This document shows, in pieces, positions 1 to 9,080 of a stretch of DNA of 53,276 nt; the stretch's first letter is position 1; each line of letters opens with the position of its first letter. The notes under the pieces are model-generated. The model had not been told where the DNA came from and made no database searches. It was given only the letters and a program-made list of their open reading frames with translations. Source of the stretch: an uncultured bacterium (GTDB taxonomy: Bacteria; Actinomycetota; Acidimicrobiia; Acidimicrobiales; RAAP-2); NCBI GenBank assembly GCA_963923835.1, contig CAWUMA010000001.1, positions 1-53,276 on the forward strand, read 5' to 3'. A program made the translations under genes and the position numbers.

Positions 1-514
1 CGACCGGGGCCCAACTAGGCGCGGTGAAGCGCTCGCGCACGTTGAGCAGAGCGGTTGCGAGCCCCACGAGACCGTAAAAGAAAACCTGCGGGGCGAACCA
101 CCGCAGTAACGAGGTGGCGGCGGCACGCTGGGGTCCCACGAGCGGGCTGCGGTGCGCCCCCCACGAGGTGAATCCCTGGATGATCCACGGGGCGGCGACC
201 ACGGTGACGATGGTCGCCACGGCGAGAACGACGACGGCCGCGGTCACCACCACCGAGATAGATCGCCACGCGCGGCGCTCCGAGTCCAGGGCGAGTCGTT
301 CCACGAAGACCGGGATGAAGGTGGCGCTGGCGACACCGCCGAGCACGAGGTCGAAGAGCATGTTGGGAACGGTGTTGGCCAGGTTGAAGGCGTCGGCGAG
401 GGGCGTGAATCCCAGCACGTACGCCAGTACGAGCACGCGCACGAAACCCGTGAGACGCGAGGCCAACGTGCCGCCGGCCATGGACACGACACGGCGTCCG
501 TGGGTCGTGGTCAC
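1..514 (-). CDS. murJ: Lipid II flippase MurJ (MviN), N-terminal part; runs off the window start
   Basis: Not in the ORF track. Manual translation from GTG at 514, overlapping the upstream TGA: MTTTHGRRVVSMAGGTLASRLTGFVRVLVLAYVLGFTPLADAFNLANTVPNMLFDLVLGGVASATFIPVF...FAPQVFFYGL. SRxxGFxR, ANTVPN and FIPVF are MurJ motifs. Confidence 0.95.
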   Translation of the reverse strand, partial: MTTTHGRRVVSMAGGTLASRLTGFVRVLVLAYVLGFTPLADAFNLANTVPNMLFDLVLGGVASATFIPVFVERLALDSERRAWRSISVVVTAAVVVLAVATIVTVVAAPWIIQGFTSWGAHRSPLVGPQRAAATSLLRWFAPQVFFYGLVGLATALLNVRERFTAPSWAPV

Positions 515-2433
515 CGTCTACTCCGCGAACGCCGACGGGCGGTGCGCAGCCACCAGGCCGCGATCACCACGAGCGAGCCACCCGAGAGAATCCAACCCAC
601 CACCGACGTTCCGGCAACGTTGACGAGGACGGCAGCCCGGGCGAGCAGGACCGCACCGTCGGGGGTGGTGAGTTCGATTCGCACGGTGGCGTTCGAACCG
701 CGGTGCGCTCCCGTGGCGATACGCAGTGACCGGGTGGGGGCATCGAGGGTGACGGGAACGGTCGAGCCCCGGGGAAAGTCGATGCGGTCGGTGAGCACGC
801 GCACCACGGCCGTGACGGCGTACGGGGCGCGACTGTAGAGAGTCACCGGCAGCGCGGTCCCCGAGCCGGTCAGCGTCACCGGACTGGTGTCGATGCGGAA
901 CTGATTGATTTGCACACCCAGCGCGGCCTGGGCCCGGGCGATGGCGGCCTGACGCTGGGCCGGCGTACCCACCAGCGCGGCCTGGAGGCTGTTGACGCGC
1001 AGTGACTCGGCGACCGACGTCGAGTCGATGGCGCTCGTGAAGGAGCGGGTCTGGGCGACGAGGTCGGCGTAGGAGGCTGCATTGCGGCCGTTCCACGGCG
1101 GGGTGGACATCGACAAAAGGGCGTGCGTCGTGGGTGCGCCGTCACGTCCCACCGCCTCGGGTGACACGGCACCGTCCACGGTGCCCATAGTGATCATCGG
1201 GTCGCCGTGCACCGCGCGGAAGAACGACGTCACGAGTGGGGCCGGTGTGGCGCGCACCGCGGGGGTCAGCACCACCGTGCGACCAGAACCGGCGGGCACG
1301 CTGGCTTGGAGAAAGTGCAGGGCTCCTACGACGAGCATGGCCCGACTCACTGCGTCGTGTGGCGCCGCCAGGGTCTTCGTTAACACCGCGTCGGTGACCG
1401 CCGCGGTGAGGGTCGAATCGGTGGGTGAGAAGGGGAGCCCCCACGCCGTGCCGAGGGCGCCATCGAGCGCTCCCGGAGACACGAGAAGTCGAGACTGTCC
1501 GGCCCCGCTCAGGGCGGCCAGTTGGCCGGCCCCGGGTGCGGTTTCGAGGTAGAGAGTCTGGGCGAGTGGGCGGCCCCCGAGGTCGTGCACCAAGGTGGCC
1601 GACTCGTTGAGCTGGCGGGGCACTTGGGACGCGAAGCCGTTGGCGACGAGCCCGCCGAGGTCCACGTCACCGGGTAGCGCCCCGACCGACTCCGTGTTCC
1701 CACGTTGCAACAAGGCGCTCACGGCGTCGTGCAACGGCGTGCCGTTCATCTGGTTCACGATGTTGAGCACCCGGTAGTCCGCGCTGACCGACACGGGGTC
1801 GCGCACTTGAGCAAGTGCCGTCAACGTCGCCGGGCTGGTGGGGGCCGACGCACTGGTCGGATCCAACACGGCCAGCCACACCACCCGCAACGGGTTTCGC
1901 GACTTCGCTCCCGGAGCCTGCACGGTCACGAACGACCAGATGGGGTGCTCGGACATCCCCGACAGGGTGATGCGCAAGGGGTAGACCCCACCCGCGGCGC
2001 TGGTGGGGTAGGGGAGCCGCACCACGAGAGGGCTGCGGACGCAGGTCCCGCCGCCACCCGGGCCACCCGTGGCGCTCAGCGTGACGACGAGGCGGATCGT
2101 GGTCGAACAGGTCAACACGGCGGAGGTCGTCGTCGATGGCGTCCCACCGGGGGTGGCGAGGAAGGCGTCAAGCCCCTCTCGCGAGGTCAGACGTGGCAGC
2201 AGGGCCACCTCGATGCGTTGGCCCGTGGCCCCGGAGGCGTGGAGAGAGAGGGAGATACGACCCGTCCCCGCGTTCGACAAAGTGGCCACGGGGGACTGAC
2301 CGAGGAGCCGCACGTCACCGTTCACCGCGCCGGCCCGCGACAGCGACGGCAGCACACCGAGGGACGCGACCATGACAGCCGTCGCCCACCTCGCTAGTCG
2401 GCGAACCATGTTCTCAACGCTACCGGCGGACAT
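511..2433 (-). CDS. DUF6049-like secreted, C-terminally anchored protein
   Basis: N-terminal signal, GGVYPLRITL motif, C-terminal TM helix plus Arg tail; sits between the CCA enzyme and murJ as in other actinobacteria. Confidence 0.7.
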   Translation of the reverse strand: MSAGSVENMVRRLARWATAVMVASLGVLPSLSRAGAVNGDVRLLGQSPVATLSNAGTGRISLSLHASGATGQRIEVALLPRLTSREGLDAFLATPGGTPSTTTSAVLTCSTTIRLVVTLSATGGPGGGGTCVRSPLVVRLPYPTSAAGGVYPLRITLSGMSEHPIWSFVTVQAPGAKSRNPLRVVWLAVLDPTSASAPTSPATLTALAQVRDPVSVSADYRVLNIVNQMNGTPLHDAVSALLQRGNTESVGALPGDVDLGGLVANGFASQVPRQLNESATLVHDLGGRPLAQTLYLETAPGAGQLAALSGAGQSRLLVSPGALDGALGTAWGLPFSPTDSTLTAAVTDAVLTKTLAAPHDAVSRAMLVVGALHFLQASVPAGSGRTVVLTPAVRATPAPLVTSFFRAVHGDPMITMGTVDGAVSPEAVGRDGAPTTHALLSMSTPPWNGRNAASYADLVAQTRSFTSAIDSTSVAESLRVNSLQAALVGTPAQRQAAIARAQAALGVQINQFRIDTSPVTLTGSGTALPVTLYSRAPYAVTAVVRVLTDRIDFPRGSTVPVTLDAPTRSLRIATGAHRGSNATVRIELTTPDGAVLLARAAVLVNVAGTSVVGWILSGGSLVVIAAWWLRTARRRSRSRR

Positions 2434-2468
2434 TCGGGCGTATTGACCCCCACTACCCTTTAATCACG

Positions 2469-4052
2469 GTGGTGACGTTCGAACAATCCTTCCGCGCCGT
2501 CGCCGAGCGCGCGCGGCCGGTGGTGTCGGCCTTCGCCGAAGCGGGTTTCTCCCTCTACGCCGTCGGCGGCGTGGTGCGCGACATCTGGTTGGGTGCCGAC
2601 CCGTGGGAGATGGCCGAATTCGACTTCACGACGAACGCCCGCCCCGACGACATTGAGCGACTGTTGCGCCGCCACTGCCAGGCGGTCTGGGATGTGGGCC
2701 GGCGATTTGGCACCATCGGGGGCGAACTCGACGGCCTCAAAATCGAGATCACCACGTTCCGCACCGAGTCGTACGTCGACCACTCGCGTAAGCCGGCGGT
2801 GGAGTGGGGTGACGATATCGAGGTCGACCTGAGTCGCCGCGACTTCACGATCAACGCCATCGCGCTCGACGTGGTGGCGTTGGCTTCGGGAACGCCCTGG
2901 GAAGAGACCCTCGTCGATCCCTTCACGGGCATCGCCCATCTCCACGCCCGGCTCCTGAGTGCCCCGAGCGAGCCGGTGGGGCTCTTCCGAGACGATCCGT
3001 TGCGCATGCTCCGCGCCGCCCGGTTCGCCTCGAGGTTCAATCTCTCGATCGACCCGGCCCTCGAGGCGGCTGCCCGCGAGGTGGCGCCGTCGTTGTCCAA
3101 AGTGTCGGTGGAGCGCATCCAGGGCGAGCTCAGTCTCTTGCTGGTGACCGCCCAGCCGTCCATCGGCCTCGACTTCATCGTGCGCACCGGCCTGGCCGAC
3201 CACTTCCTACCCGAACTACCCGCGCTCCAACTCGAGCAGGACCCCATTCATCAGCACAAGGACGTTCTCGCCCACACCTGGGCGGTGGTGGACAAGACCT
3301 CACCACGTCTGGTGTTGCGCATGGCCGCGTTGCTCCACGACATCGGCAAGCCCGCCACTCGTGAGATCTCACCGGAAGAGGGGGTGACCTTCCGGTTCCA
3401 CGACGTGGTGGGGGCCCGCATGACGCGCAAACGTCTGACGGCGTTGAAGTACTCCGACGAGTTCATCGCCGACGTGAGCCGTCTGGTGGAGCTGCACTTG
3501 CGCTTCCACACGTTCAAGATGGGCTGGAGTGACAGCGCGGTGCGCCGCTACGCCTACGACGCCGGCCCCCTGCTCGAGGACCTCAACGAACTCACCCGGT
3601 GCGACTGCACGACGCGCAACCGGCGCAAGGCCGCCGAACTCGCCGCGCACATGGACACCCTCGAAGAGCGCATCATCGAGATCAACAAGGCCGACGAACA
3701 CCGGGCCGCCCGCGGCGCCCTCGACGGTGATCAGGTGATGACGCTGTGTGGCATCGGACCGGGTCCGGCCCTCAAGCGCATCCTCTCCTTTTTGCTCGAG
3801 ATCTACTTCACCGAGGGACACATCGGCGAAGAGGCCGCCACTGCCCGCGTGACGCAGTGGTGGAACGCTCACCACGGTCCGGCTCTTCGCGACGCGGTGG
3901 GTGACCTGCCCGAACGTCAAGCGGGGCTGGCCCTCGAGTACCTGTTGTCGTTGGCCGAGTCGGACGAGGACTTCGACCCGGCGCAGGCGCCGTTCCTCGT
4001 CGAGAAATGGCTGAGCGCGCCGCGCACGGGACGCAAAAAACCCGCCCCCTAA
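2469..4052 (+). CDS. cca: CCA tRNA nucleotidyltransferase with HD domain (PcnA-like)
   Basis: VGGVVRD, EITTFRTESY, DLSRRDFTINAIA, DDPLRMLRAARF, VSVERI, LLHDIGKP. Confidence 0.95.
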   Translation: MVTFEQSFRAVAERARPVVSAFAEAGFSLYAVGGVVRDIWLGADPWEMAEFDFTTNARPDDIERLLRRHCQAVWDVGRRFGTIGGELDGLKIEITTFRTESYVDHSRKPAVEWGDDIEVDLSRRDFTINAIALDVVALASGTPWEETLVDPFTGIAHLHARLLSAPSEPVGLFRDDPLRMLRAARFASRFNLSIDPALEAAAREVAPSLSKVSVERIQGELSLLLVTAQPSIGLDFIVRTGLADHFLPELPALQLEQDPIHQHKDVLAHTWAVVDKTSPRLVLRMAALLHDIGKPATREISPEEGVTFRFHDVVGARMTRKRLTALKYSDEFIADVSRLVELHLRFHTFKMGWSDSAVRRYAYDAGPLLEDLNELTRCDCTTRNRRKAAELAAHMDTLEERIIEINKADEHRAARGALDGDQVMTLCGIGPGPALKRILSFLLEIYFTEGHIGEEAATARVTQWWNAHHGPALRDAVGDLPERQAGLALEYLLSLAESDEDFDPAQAPFLVEKWLSAPRTGRKKPAP

Positions 4053-4062
4053 GGGGCGGGTT
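4035..4062 (-). terminator. Intrinsic terminator between convergent cca and ino1
   Basis: AACCCGCCCC-CTAA-GGGGCGGGTT stem at 4039-4062; the A-run at 4035-4040 gives a U-tract on the minus strand; the cca stop codon lies in the loop. Confidence 0.8.
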
Positions 4063-4082
4063 CCTCGCGGAAAAGTGGTCGG

Positions 4083-5180
4083 TTAGGCCGGCCAGACCGG
4101 GTTGGCCGCACCGTGATCGGCGAACTGCTCGACCATGTCGTGGGCCTCGTCGTCGCGGTACTGCACCGGCGGCGACTTCATGAAGTAGGCCGAGGGGCCG
4201 AGGATGGGGCCACCGACGCCACGGTCGAGGGCGACCTTGGCGCAGCGCACGGCGTCGATGATGACGCCGGCCGAGTTCGGCGAGTCCCACACCTCGAGCT
4301 TGAGCTCGACGTTGAGCGGCACGTCACCGAAGTTGCGGCCCTCCATGCGGATGTAGGCCCACTTGCGGTCCTCAAGCCACGGCACGTGGTCGCTCGGTCC
4401 GATGTGGACATTGTCGGCGTCGATGCGGCTGATCTCGAGCTGGCTGGTGACGGCCTGGGTCTTCGAGATCTTCTTGCTCTCGAGACGGTCGCGGTCCAGC
4501 ATGTTCTTGAAGTCCATGTTGCCGCCGACGTTGAGCTGGTAGGTGCGGTCCAGGGTCAGACCACGGTCCTCGAAGAGGCGGGCCAGCACGCGGTGCACGA
4601 TGGTCGCGCCCACCTGGCTCTTGATGTCGTCACCGATGATCGGCACGCCGGCGTCGGCGAACTTCTTCGCCCAGACGGGGTCCGAGGCGATGAAGACGGG
4701 GATGGCATTCACGAAGGCGACACCGGCGTCGAGCGCGGCCTGGGCGTAGTAGCGCTGGGCCTCTTCCGAGCCGACCGGGAGGTACGACACGAGCACGTCG
4801 GCGCGGGCGTCACGCAGGGCCTGGGCCACGTCGATGGACTCGCTCGGGGACTCCTCGATGGAGGCGCGGTAGTACTTGTTCAGACCGTCGAGGGTCGGTC
4901 CGCGCTGGACGGTCACGCCGAGCGGCGGCACGTCGGCGAACTTGATGGTGTTGTTCATGCCGGCGGTGATGGCCTTCGAGAGGTCGCTCCCCACCTTGGT
5001 GGCGTCGACGTCGAACGCGGCGACGAACTCCAGGTCGCGCACGTGGTACCCACCGAGCACGACGTGCATGAGGCCCGGTACGTTGTCGGCCGGGTCGGCG
5101 TCCTTGTAATACGTGACGCCCTGAATCAATGAACTGGCGCAGTTACCCACGCCGGCAATGGCCACACGGACAGTTCCCAT
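4083..5180 (-). CDS. ino1: Inositol-3-phosphate synthase
   Basis: [55 protein letters not shown]. Confidence 0.97.
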   Translation of the reverse strand: MGTVRVAIAGVGNCASSLIQGVTYYKDADPADNVPGLMHVVLGGYHVRDLEFVAAFDVDATKVGSDLSKAITAGMNNTIKFADVPPLGVTVQRGPTLDGLNKYYRASIEESPSESIDVAQALRDARADVLVSYLPVGSEEAQRYYAQAALDAGVAFVNAIPVFIASDPVWAKKFADAGVPIIGDDIKSQVGATIVHRVLARLFEDRGLTLDRTYQLNVGGNMDFKNMLDRDRLESKKISKTQAVTSQLEISRIDADNVHIGPSDHVPWLEDRKWAYIRMEGRNFGDVPLNVELKLEVWDSPNSAGVIIDAVRCAKVALDRGVGGPILGPSAYFMKSPPVQYRDDEAHDMVEQFADHGAANPVWPA

Positions 5181-5194
5181 GGCTTCTCCTTTTC

Positions 5195-5809
5195 CTACTT
5201 CGTCCTGTTAACGAAGGTCTCGGTGTTGCGTTCGGTGGTCAACAAACCGTCGATCCACGCGAGGTCCAACTCGACACCTTTGGCGGCGTGGTCCATGACC
5301 GAGCGCGCGTAGGGGTCCAGCTGTTCGTTGTGCGCATGGGCCTGTAATTCGCCCAGACGCTCCACGAGGTCGGCGCGGCGGCGCTCCAAGAGGGCCACGC
5401 GCAGAGAAGGGGTGAGGTATTTCGCGAGAGCCATTCGCAACGAGAAGGTCTCGCCACCGGCCAGCGTCGCCGGGTCGGCCAGCAGGGCCATGAACTCCTG
5501 GCGGCCCCGCTCGGTGATGCGGTACACCTTGCGGCCACGCCGGCCCATGCCCGAGGCACCGCGCAGGGAGCGCAGAGTGGCGCGTTCGCCACTCAAGGAA
5601 CCGGTGGACAGGCCCGACCCGCGAGGGGCGGCCGGGGTCACGGCCTCCACCAGGCCCTGGCGCTCGAGGCGGGCCAGGGCGGGGTAGATCGAGCCGAACG
5701 AGGCGTTGGCTTGGGCCAGGCGCTCACGCAACTGGGTACGGATTTCGTACCCGTGGTGGTCGCGGTCCATGAGGAGGCCGAGAATGGCGATGTCCAACAC
5801 GCGGTTCAT
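5195..5809 (-). CDS. PadR-family transcriptional regulator
   Basis: [33 protein letters not shown]; conserved position upstream of ino1. Confidence 0.93.
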   Translation of the reverse strand: MNRVLDIAILGLLMDRDHHGYEIRTQLRERLAQANASFGSIYPALARLERQGLVEAVTPAAPRGSGLSTGSLSGERATLRSLRGASGMGRRGRKVYRITERGRQEFMALLADPATLAGGETFSLRMALAKYLTPSLRVALLERRRADLVERLGELQAHAHNEQLDPYARSVMDHAAKGVELDLAWIDGLLTTERNTETFVNRTK

Positions 5810-5831
5810 TATATCGGGTCGTTATATCGGG
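5809..5831 (-). promoter_or_regulatory. Direct repeat CCCGATATAA x2 (13-bp period), candidate PadR operator
   Basis: TTATATCGGG at 5809-5818 and 5822-5831, abutting the padR ATG. Confidence 0.55.
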
Positions 5832-5892
5832 CAACACAAAACCCTACGCCCCCGCAATTTTGGGCAAATCACTGGGCGGTACTATGCCCGAG

Positions 5893-6315
5893 ATGGAGCG
5901 CAGCCGCCGCAAGAGCTCGGCCGACGGGGCCGTGGTGGAGTTCGGCCTGGTCCGTGCCGTCTTGTTGCAGAAACTGGCCCAGGGGCTCCTGCGCCGGGAG
6001 GATCTCTGTGACGCCCACCCCGAACTTGTCCGAGCAGCCACCAACGTGGGCCGTCGCGCGGGCGAGAAGTGCCCGGTGTGTGACGAGTGCGAACTCGTCG
6101 AAGTCACGTACGTCTTCGGGGCGAAGTTGCCGGCGGGTGGAACCTGCCCCCACTCCCGCGCCGAATTGCTCAAACTCGAACGCCGCGCCGAACCGGTCCA
6201 GTGTTACGCCGTCGAAGTCTGCACGGCGTGCCGCTTTCACCATCTGGCCCGCAAGTGGTCGGCCGGCGGCGTGAAGCCCCGTGTGGCTCGCAACACCGGA
6301 ACGGGTCGTTCGTGA
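5893..6315 (+). CDS. DUF5318-family protein (Cys-rich, probably binds Zn)
   Basis: DLCDAHPELVRAA, CPVC, VEVCTACRFHHL; divergent from padR. Start taken as ATG 5893, 7 nt after TACTAT; ATG 5884 is an alternative. Confidence 0.85.
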   Translation: MERSRRKSSADGAVVEFGLVRAVLLQKLAQGLLRREDLCDAHPELVRAATNVGRRAGEKCPVCDECELVEVTYVFGAKLPAGGTCPHSRAELLKLERRAEPVQCYAVEVCTACRFHHLARKWSAGGVKPRVARNTGTGRS

Positions 6316-7133
6316 AATTGACCGCACCCGCTCTGCGGGCAACGAAGCGCTCGGGTGGCGCCACGCCACTTGTCATGGTCACGGCCTACGACGAACCCGG
6401 GGCTCGCTTCGCCTCGGCTGCCGGCGTCGACATCATTCTGGTGGGCGATTCGGTGGGCAACGTCGTGCTGGGTTTCGATGACACGCTGCACGTCACCGTG
6501 GACGACATGGTGCGCCACGTGGCCGCCGTGTCGCGGGCCAATCCCGACGCTCACATCGTCGGAGACATGCCGTGGCTCAGTTATCACACCGGCCCCGAGG
6601 ACGCCGTGCGCGCGGCCGGTCGACTCATCCGCGCCGGGGCCGACTCAGTGAAGCTCGAGGGCGGGACGAACCGACTCGACGTGATCCGCGCCATCATCAA
6701 CGCGGAGATCCCCGTGATGGGCCACATCGGACTTACTCCCCAGAGCGTGCTCGCGATGGGGGGATTCAAGGTCCAGGGCAAGTCGCGTGACGCCGCCGCA
6801 CAGCTCGTCGCCGACGCACTCGCTCTGCAAGAGGCCGGCATTTTCGGCGTCGTTGTTGAAGGTGTGCCGCCCATTGTTGGAGCGCGGCTCACTGAGGCTC
6901 TGTCAATCCCCACGATCGGCATCGGCGCCGGCCCCGACACTGACGGGCAGGTGCTGGTCTTTCACGACCTACTGGGACTGTCAGGGCGCACTCCGCCGAA
7001 GTTCGTGCGCACCTACGCCGACATCGGTTCACAGATCACTGACGCCATCGCCCGGTATGCGGCTGACGTGCGCGGAGGCGAATTCCCCGGTCCGACTGAG
7101 ACCTACGCCAATCCGGCCGAATTGACGGATTAG
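6312..7133 (+). CDS. panB: 3-methyl-2-oxobutanoate hydroxymethyltransferase
   Basis: VMVTAYD, ILVGDS, VKLEGG, MGHIGLTPQS, PTIGIGAG, DGQVLVFHDLLG; GTG start overlaps the upstream TGA (the ORF-track start 6087 is too long). Confidence 0.96.
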   Translation: MKLTAPALRATKRSGGATPLVMVTAYDEPGARFASAAGVDIILVGDSVGNVVLGFDDTLHVTVDDMVRHVAAVSRANPDAHIVGDMPWLSYHTGPEDAVRAAGRLIRAGADSVKLEGGTNRLDVIRAIINAEIPVMGHIGLTPQSVLAMGGFKVQGKSRDAAAQLVADALALQEAGIFGVVVEGVPPIVGARLTEALSIPTIGIGAGPDTDGQVLVFHDLLGLSGRTPPKFVRTYADIGSQITDAIARYAADVRGGEFPGPTETYANPAELTD

Positions 7134-7164
7134 ACCCCCTTCGGCCCGTTCCGGTAGGATGAAA

Positions 7165-7260
7165 GCCCCGCTTCGGCGGGAACACAACAACAAACCCCTG
7201 TGCGCTATCCGGTGCACCTGGTTCCCCCGGGAACCTGTCCGGAGGGAAAGGAAAAAGGCC
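7165..7260 (+). promoter_or_regulatory. Structured rpsF 5' leader, candidate S6:S18-binding autoregulatory RNA
   Basis: TAGGAT -10-like hexamer at ~7155; CCCGC-TTCG-GCGGG hairpin; A/C-rich linker; CCC then TCCGG...GGTTCCC/GGGAACC...CCGGA stem next to GGAGG. Confidence 0.4.
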
Positions 7261-7575
7261 ATGAGGCCATACGAAACCATGTTGGTGTTCGACACGACCG
7301 TCGACGCCCAGCAAATCCAAGCCGCACTCGACCGCGCGCTGGACGTGATCAAGAACAACGGTGGGGTTCACGTGAACACCGACCGTTGGGGTAAGCGTCC
7401 CCTGGCGTACGAGATCAAGAAGCGGAAAGAGGGCTACTACGTGGTGGTGGAATTCGACGGCGTCGCTGCGACGGTCGACGAGCTGCACCGCATTCTCACG
7501 TTGGCCGACGAAGTGCTCCGCTTCAAGATCGTGAAGCGCACCGCCGGTGCGGCGCGTGTCACCGCCCAGGCCTAG
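7261..7575 (+). CDS. rpsF: 30S ribosomal protein S6
   Basis: MRPYETMLVF...WGKRPLAYEIKK..EGYY; true start ATG 7261. Confidence 0.97.
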   Translation: MRPYETMLVFDTTVDAQQIQAALDRALDVIKNNGGVHVNTDRWGKRPLAYEIKKRKEGYYVVVEFDGVAATVDELHRILTLADEVLRFKIVKRTAGAARVTAQA

Positions 7576-7601
7576 CGTCGGCGCACGAGAGAAGAGGAAA
7601 C

Positions 7602-8042
7602 ATGGCTGACAACACCATCACCATCGTCGGCAACGTCACCCGCGACCCCGAGTTGAAGTTTCTCAACAGTGGCCAGCAGGCTCTGAAGATGTCCGTGGCG
7701 GTCAACCGCCGCTGGCAGAACCGTCAGAGCGGCCAGATGGAAGAGAAGACGTCGTACTTTGAAGTCGTCGGTTACGGCCAGCTGGCCGTGAACGTGGCCG
7801 AGACCGTCACCAAGGGCATGAGAGTCATCGTCACCGGCCGTCTCGAACAGCGCAGCTGGGAGACCGAGCAGGGTGACAAGCGTTCGATCGTTGAGATCAA
7901 CGCCGATGAAATCGCCCCGTCGCTGCGGTGGGCCAAGGCCACCGTCGAGCGCAACCCGCGTGCCGAGGGTGGTCCGAGTGACCGCCCCGCGCCCCGCGCC
8001 GCTGAACCGTCGTACAACAACTTTGATGAGGAGCCCTTCTAA
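7602..8042 (+). CDS. ssb: Single-stranded DNA-binding protein
   Basis: [25 protein letters not shown], acidic tail DEEPF. Confidence 0.98.
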   Translation: MADNTITIVGNVTRDPELKFLNSGQQALKMSVAVNRRWQNRQSGQMEEKTSYFEVVGYGQLAVNVAETVTKGMRVIVTGRLEQRSWETEQGDKRSIVEINADEIAPSLRWAKATVERNPRAEGGPSDRPAPRAAEPSYNNFDEEPF

Positions 8043-8467
8043 TGCCCCGTATTAACAACCCCAAGCCGCCGAAGCGCGCGCCGAAGATCGACCTTCGTCG
8101 CGGTCAGAAGAAGAAGCCCTGCGCGTTCTGCATGAACGGCGTGGGTTCGGTCGACTACAAGGACCTGCCGGCCCTGCGCAAGTACATCTCGGACCGCGGC
8201 AAGATCCGTGGCCGCAAGGTGTCGGGCAACTGCCAGCAGCACCAGCGCGACGTGACCGACGCGATCAAGACGGCGCGCGAACTCGCCCTCCTGCCCTACA
8301 CGCAGCGCACCGTGACCGAGCGCCGTGGCGGCCGCGGAGGTCGTGACGACCGCCGTCCGCGTGACAACGATGCGCCCGAGTCGGTGGAGGCCATTGAAGA
8401 GGCCGCGATTGACGAGGCTCTCGAGGGTCCGGCCGATGACATCGCAACCGAGGAGGTGGCGCAGTGA
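8042..8467 (+). CDS. rpsR: 30S ribosomal protein S18, Zn-binding (C+) type, with terminal extensions
   Basis: [46 protein letters not shown]. Confidence 0.96.
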   Translation: MPRINNPKPPKRAPKIDLRRGQKKKPCAFCMNGVGSVDYKDLPALRKYISDRGKIRGRKVSGNCQQHQRDVTDAIKTARELALLPYTQRTVTERRGGRGGRDDRRPRDNDAPESVEAIEEAAIDEALEGPADDIATEEVAQ

Positions 8468-8910
8468 AGGTTCTGCTCCGTAGTGACGTGCGCGGCGTGG
8501 GACGCCGTGGCGACATCGTCGAGGTGAAGTCCGGGTACGCCCGTAACTTCCTGTTGCCCACCGGGGCCGCGCTGATTGCGACCGAGGCCACCGAGGCCCA
8601 GGCCGCGTCGATGCGCAAGGCCCGTGACCTGCGTGACGCCAAGGACCGCGAGGCCGCCGAGGCCCAGCGCACGGTGATCGAGGGTGTGACCCTCACCATC
8701 GCCGCGCGCGCGGGCACCAATGGCCACCTGTTCGGCTCGGTGACCGAGGCCGACGTGGTGAACGCCCTTCGTACGGCGACGGGAATTTCCCTCGACCGCA
8801 AGGCCATCGTCATGGACGAGCACCTGAAGGAGCTCGGTTCGGCGACCGTTTCGGCCCACCTGTTCGGCGGGGTCGTGGCGTCCGTGGCCGTGGAGGTCGT
8901 CGCCAAGTAG
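8464..8910 (+). CDS. rplI: 50S ribosomal protein L9
   Basis: [38 protein letters not shown]. Confidence 0.98.
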   Translation: MKVLLRSDVRGVGRRGDIVEVKSGYARNFLLPTGAALIATEATEAQAASMRKARDLRDAKDREAAEAQRTVIEGVTLTIAARAGTNGHLFGSVTEADVVNALRTATGISLDRKAIVMDEHLKELGSATVSAHLFGGVVASVAVEVVAK

Positions 8911-8917
8911 GCGTCGA

Positions 8918-9030
8918 TTTTCCCCAAATTTGGTAAGCGCCGGGGCTGGTCCCCGGCGCTTGTCAATTCCCGGTCCGCGTCACAAGGGGGCTCCACACTA
9001 AGGGGGTGGTTTGCCACAGGGTTTTCCCCA
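8918..9030 (+). promoter_or_regulatory. Cluster of DnaA-box-like nonamers upstream of dnaB
   Basis: TTTTCCCCA (8918-8926, 9022-9030), TTTGCCACA (9010-9018), GGCTCCACA (8989-8997), all in the same orientation; consensus TTWTNCACA. Confidence 0.5.
8935..8961 (+). terminator. Hairpin downstream of the rpsF-rplI operon
   Basis: Perfect 11-bp stem AAGCGCCGGGG-CTGGT-CCCCGGCGCTT; weak U-tract. Confidence 0.55.
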
Positions 9031-9080
9031 TGTTGTTGTTCTAGCGAGACACAGCCCAAATGAGAGACCGTTGAGTACCT

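Noticed and set aside
58-72. CGAGCCCCACGAGAC resembles the Nextera adapter
   Set aside because: It has an extra C, no index or P7 follows, and the MurJ reading frame continues normally through it
4113-5132. 339-aa plus-strand ORF
   Set aside because: Antisense shadow of ino1, expected with high GC3 codon bias
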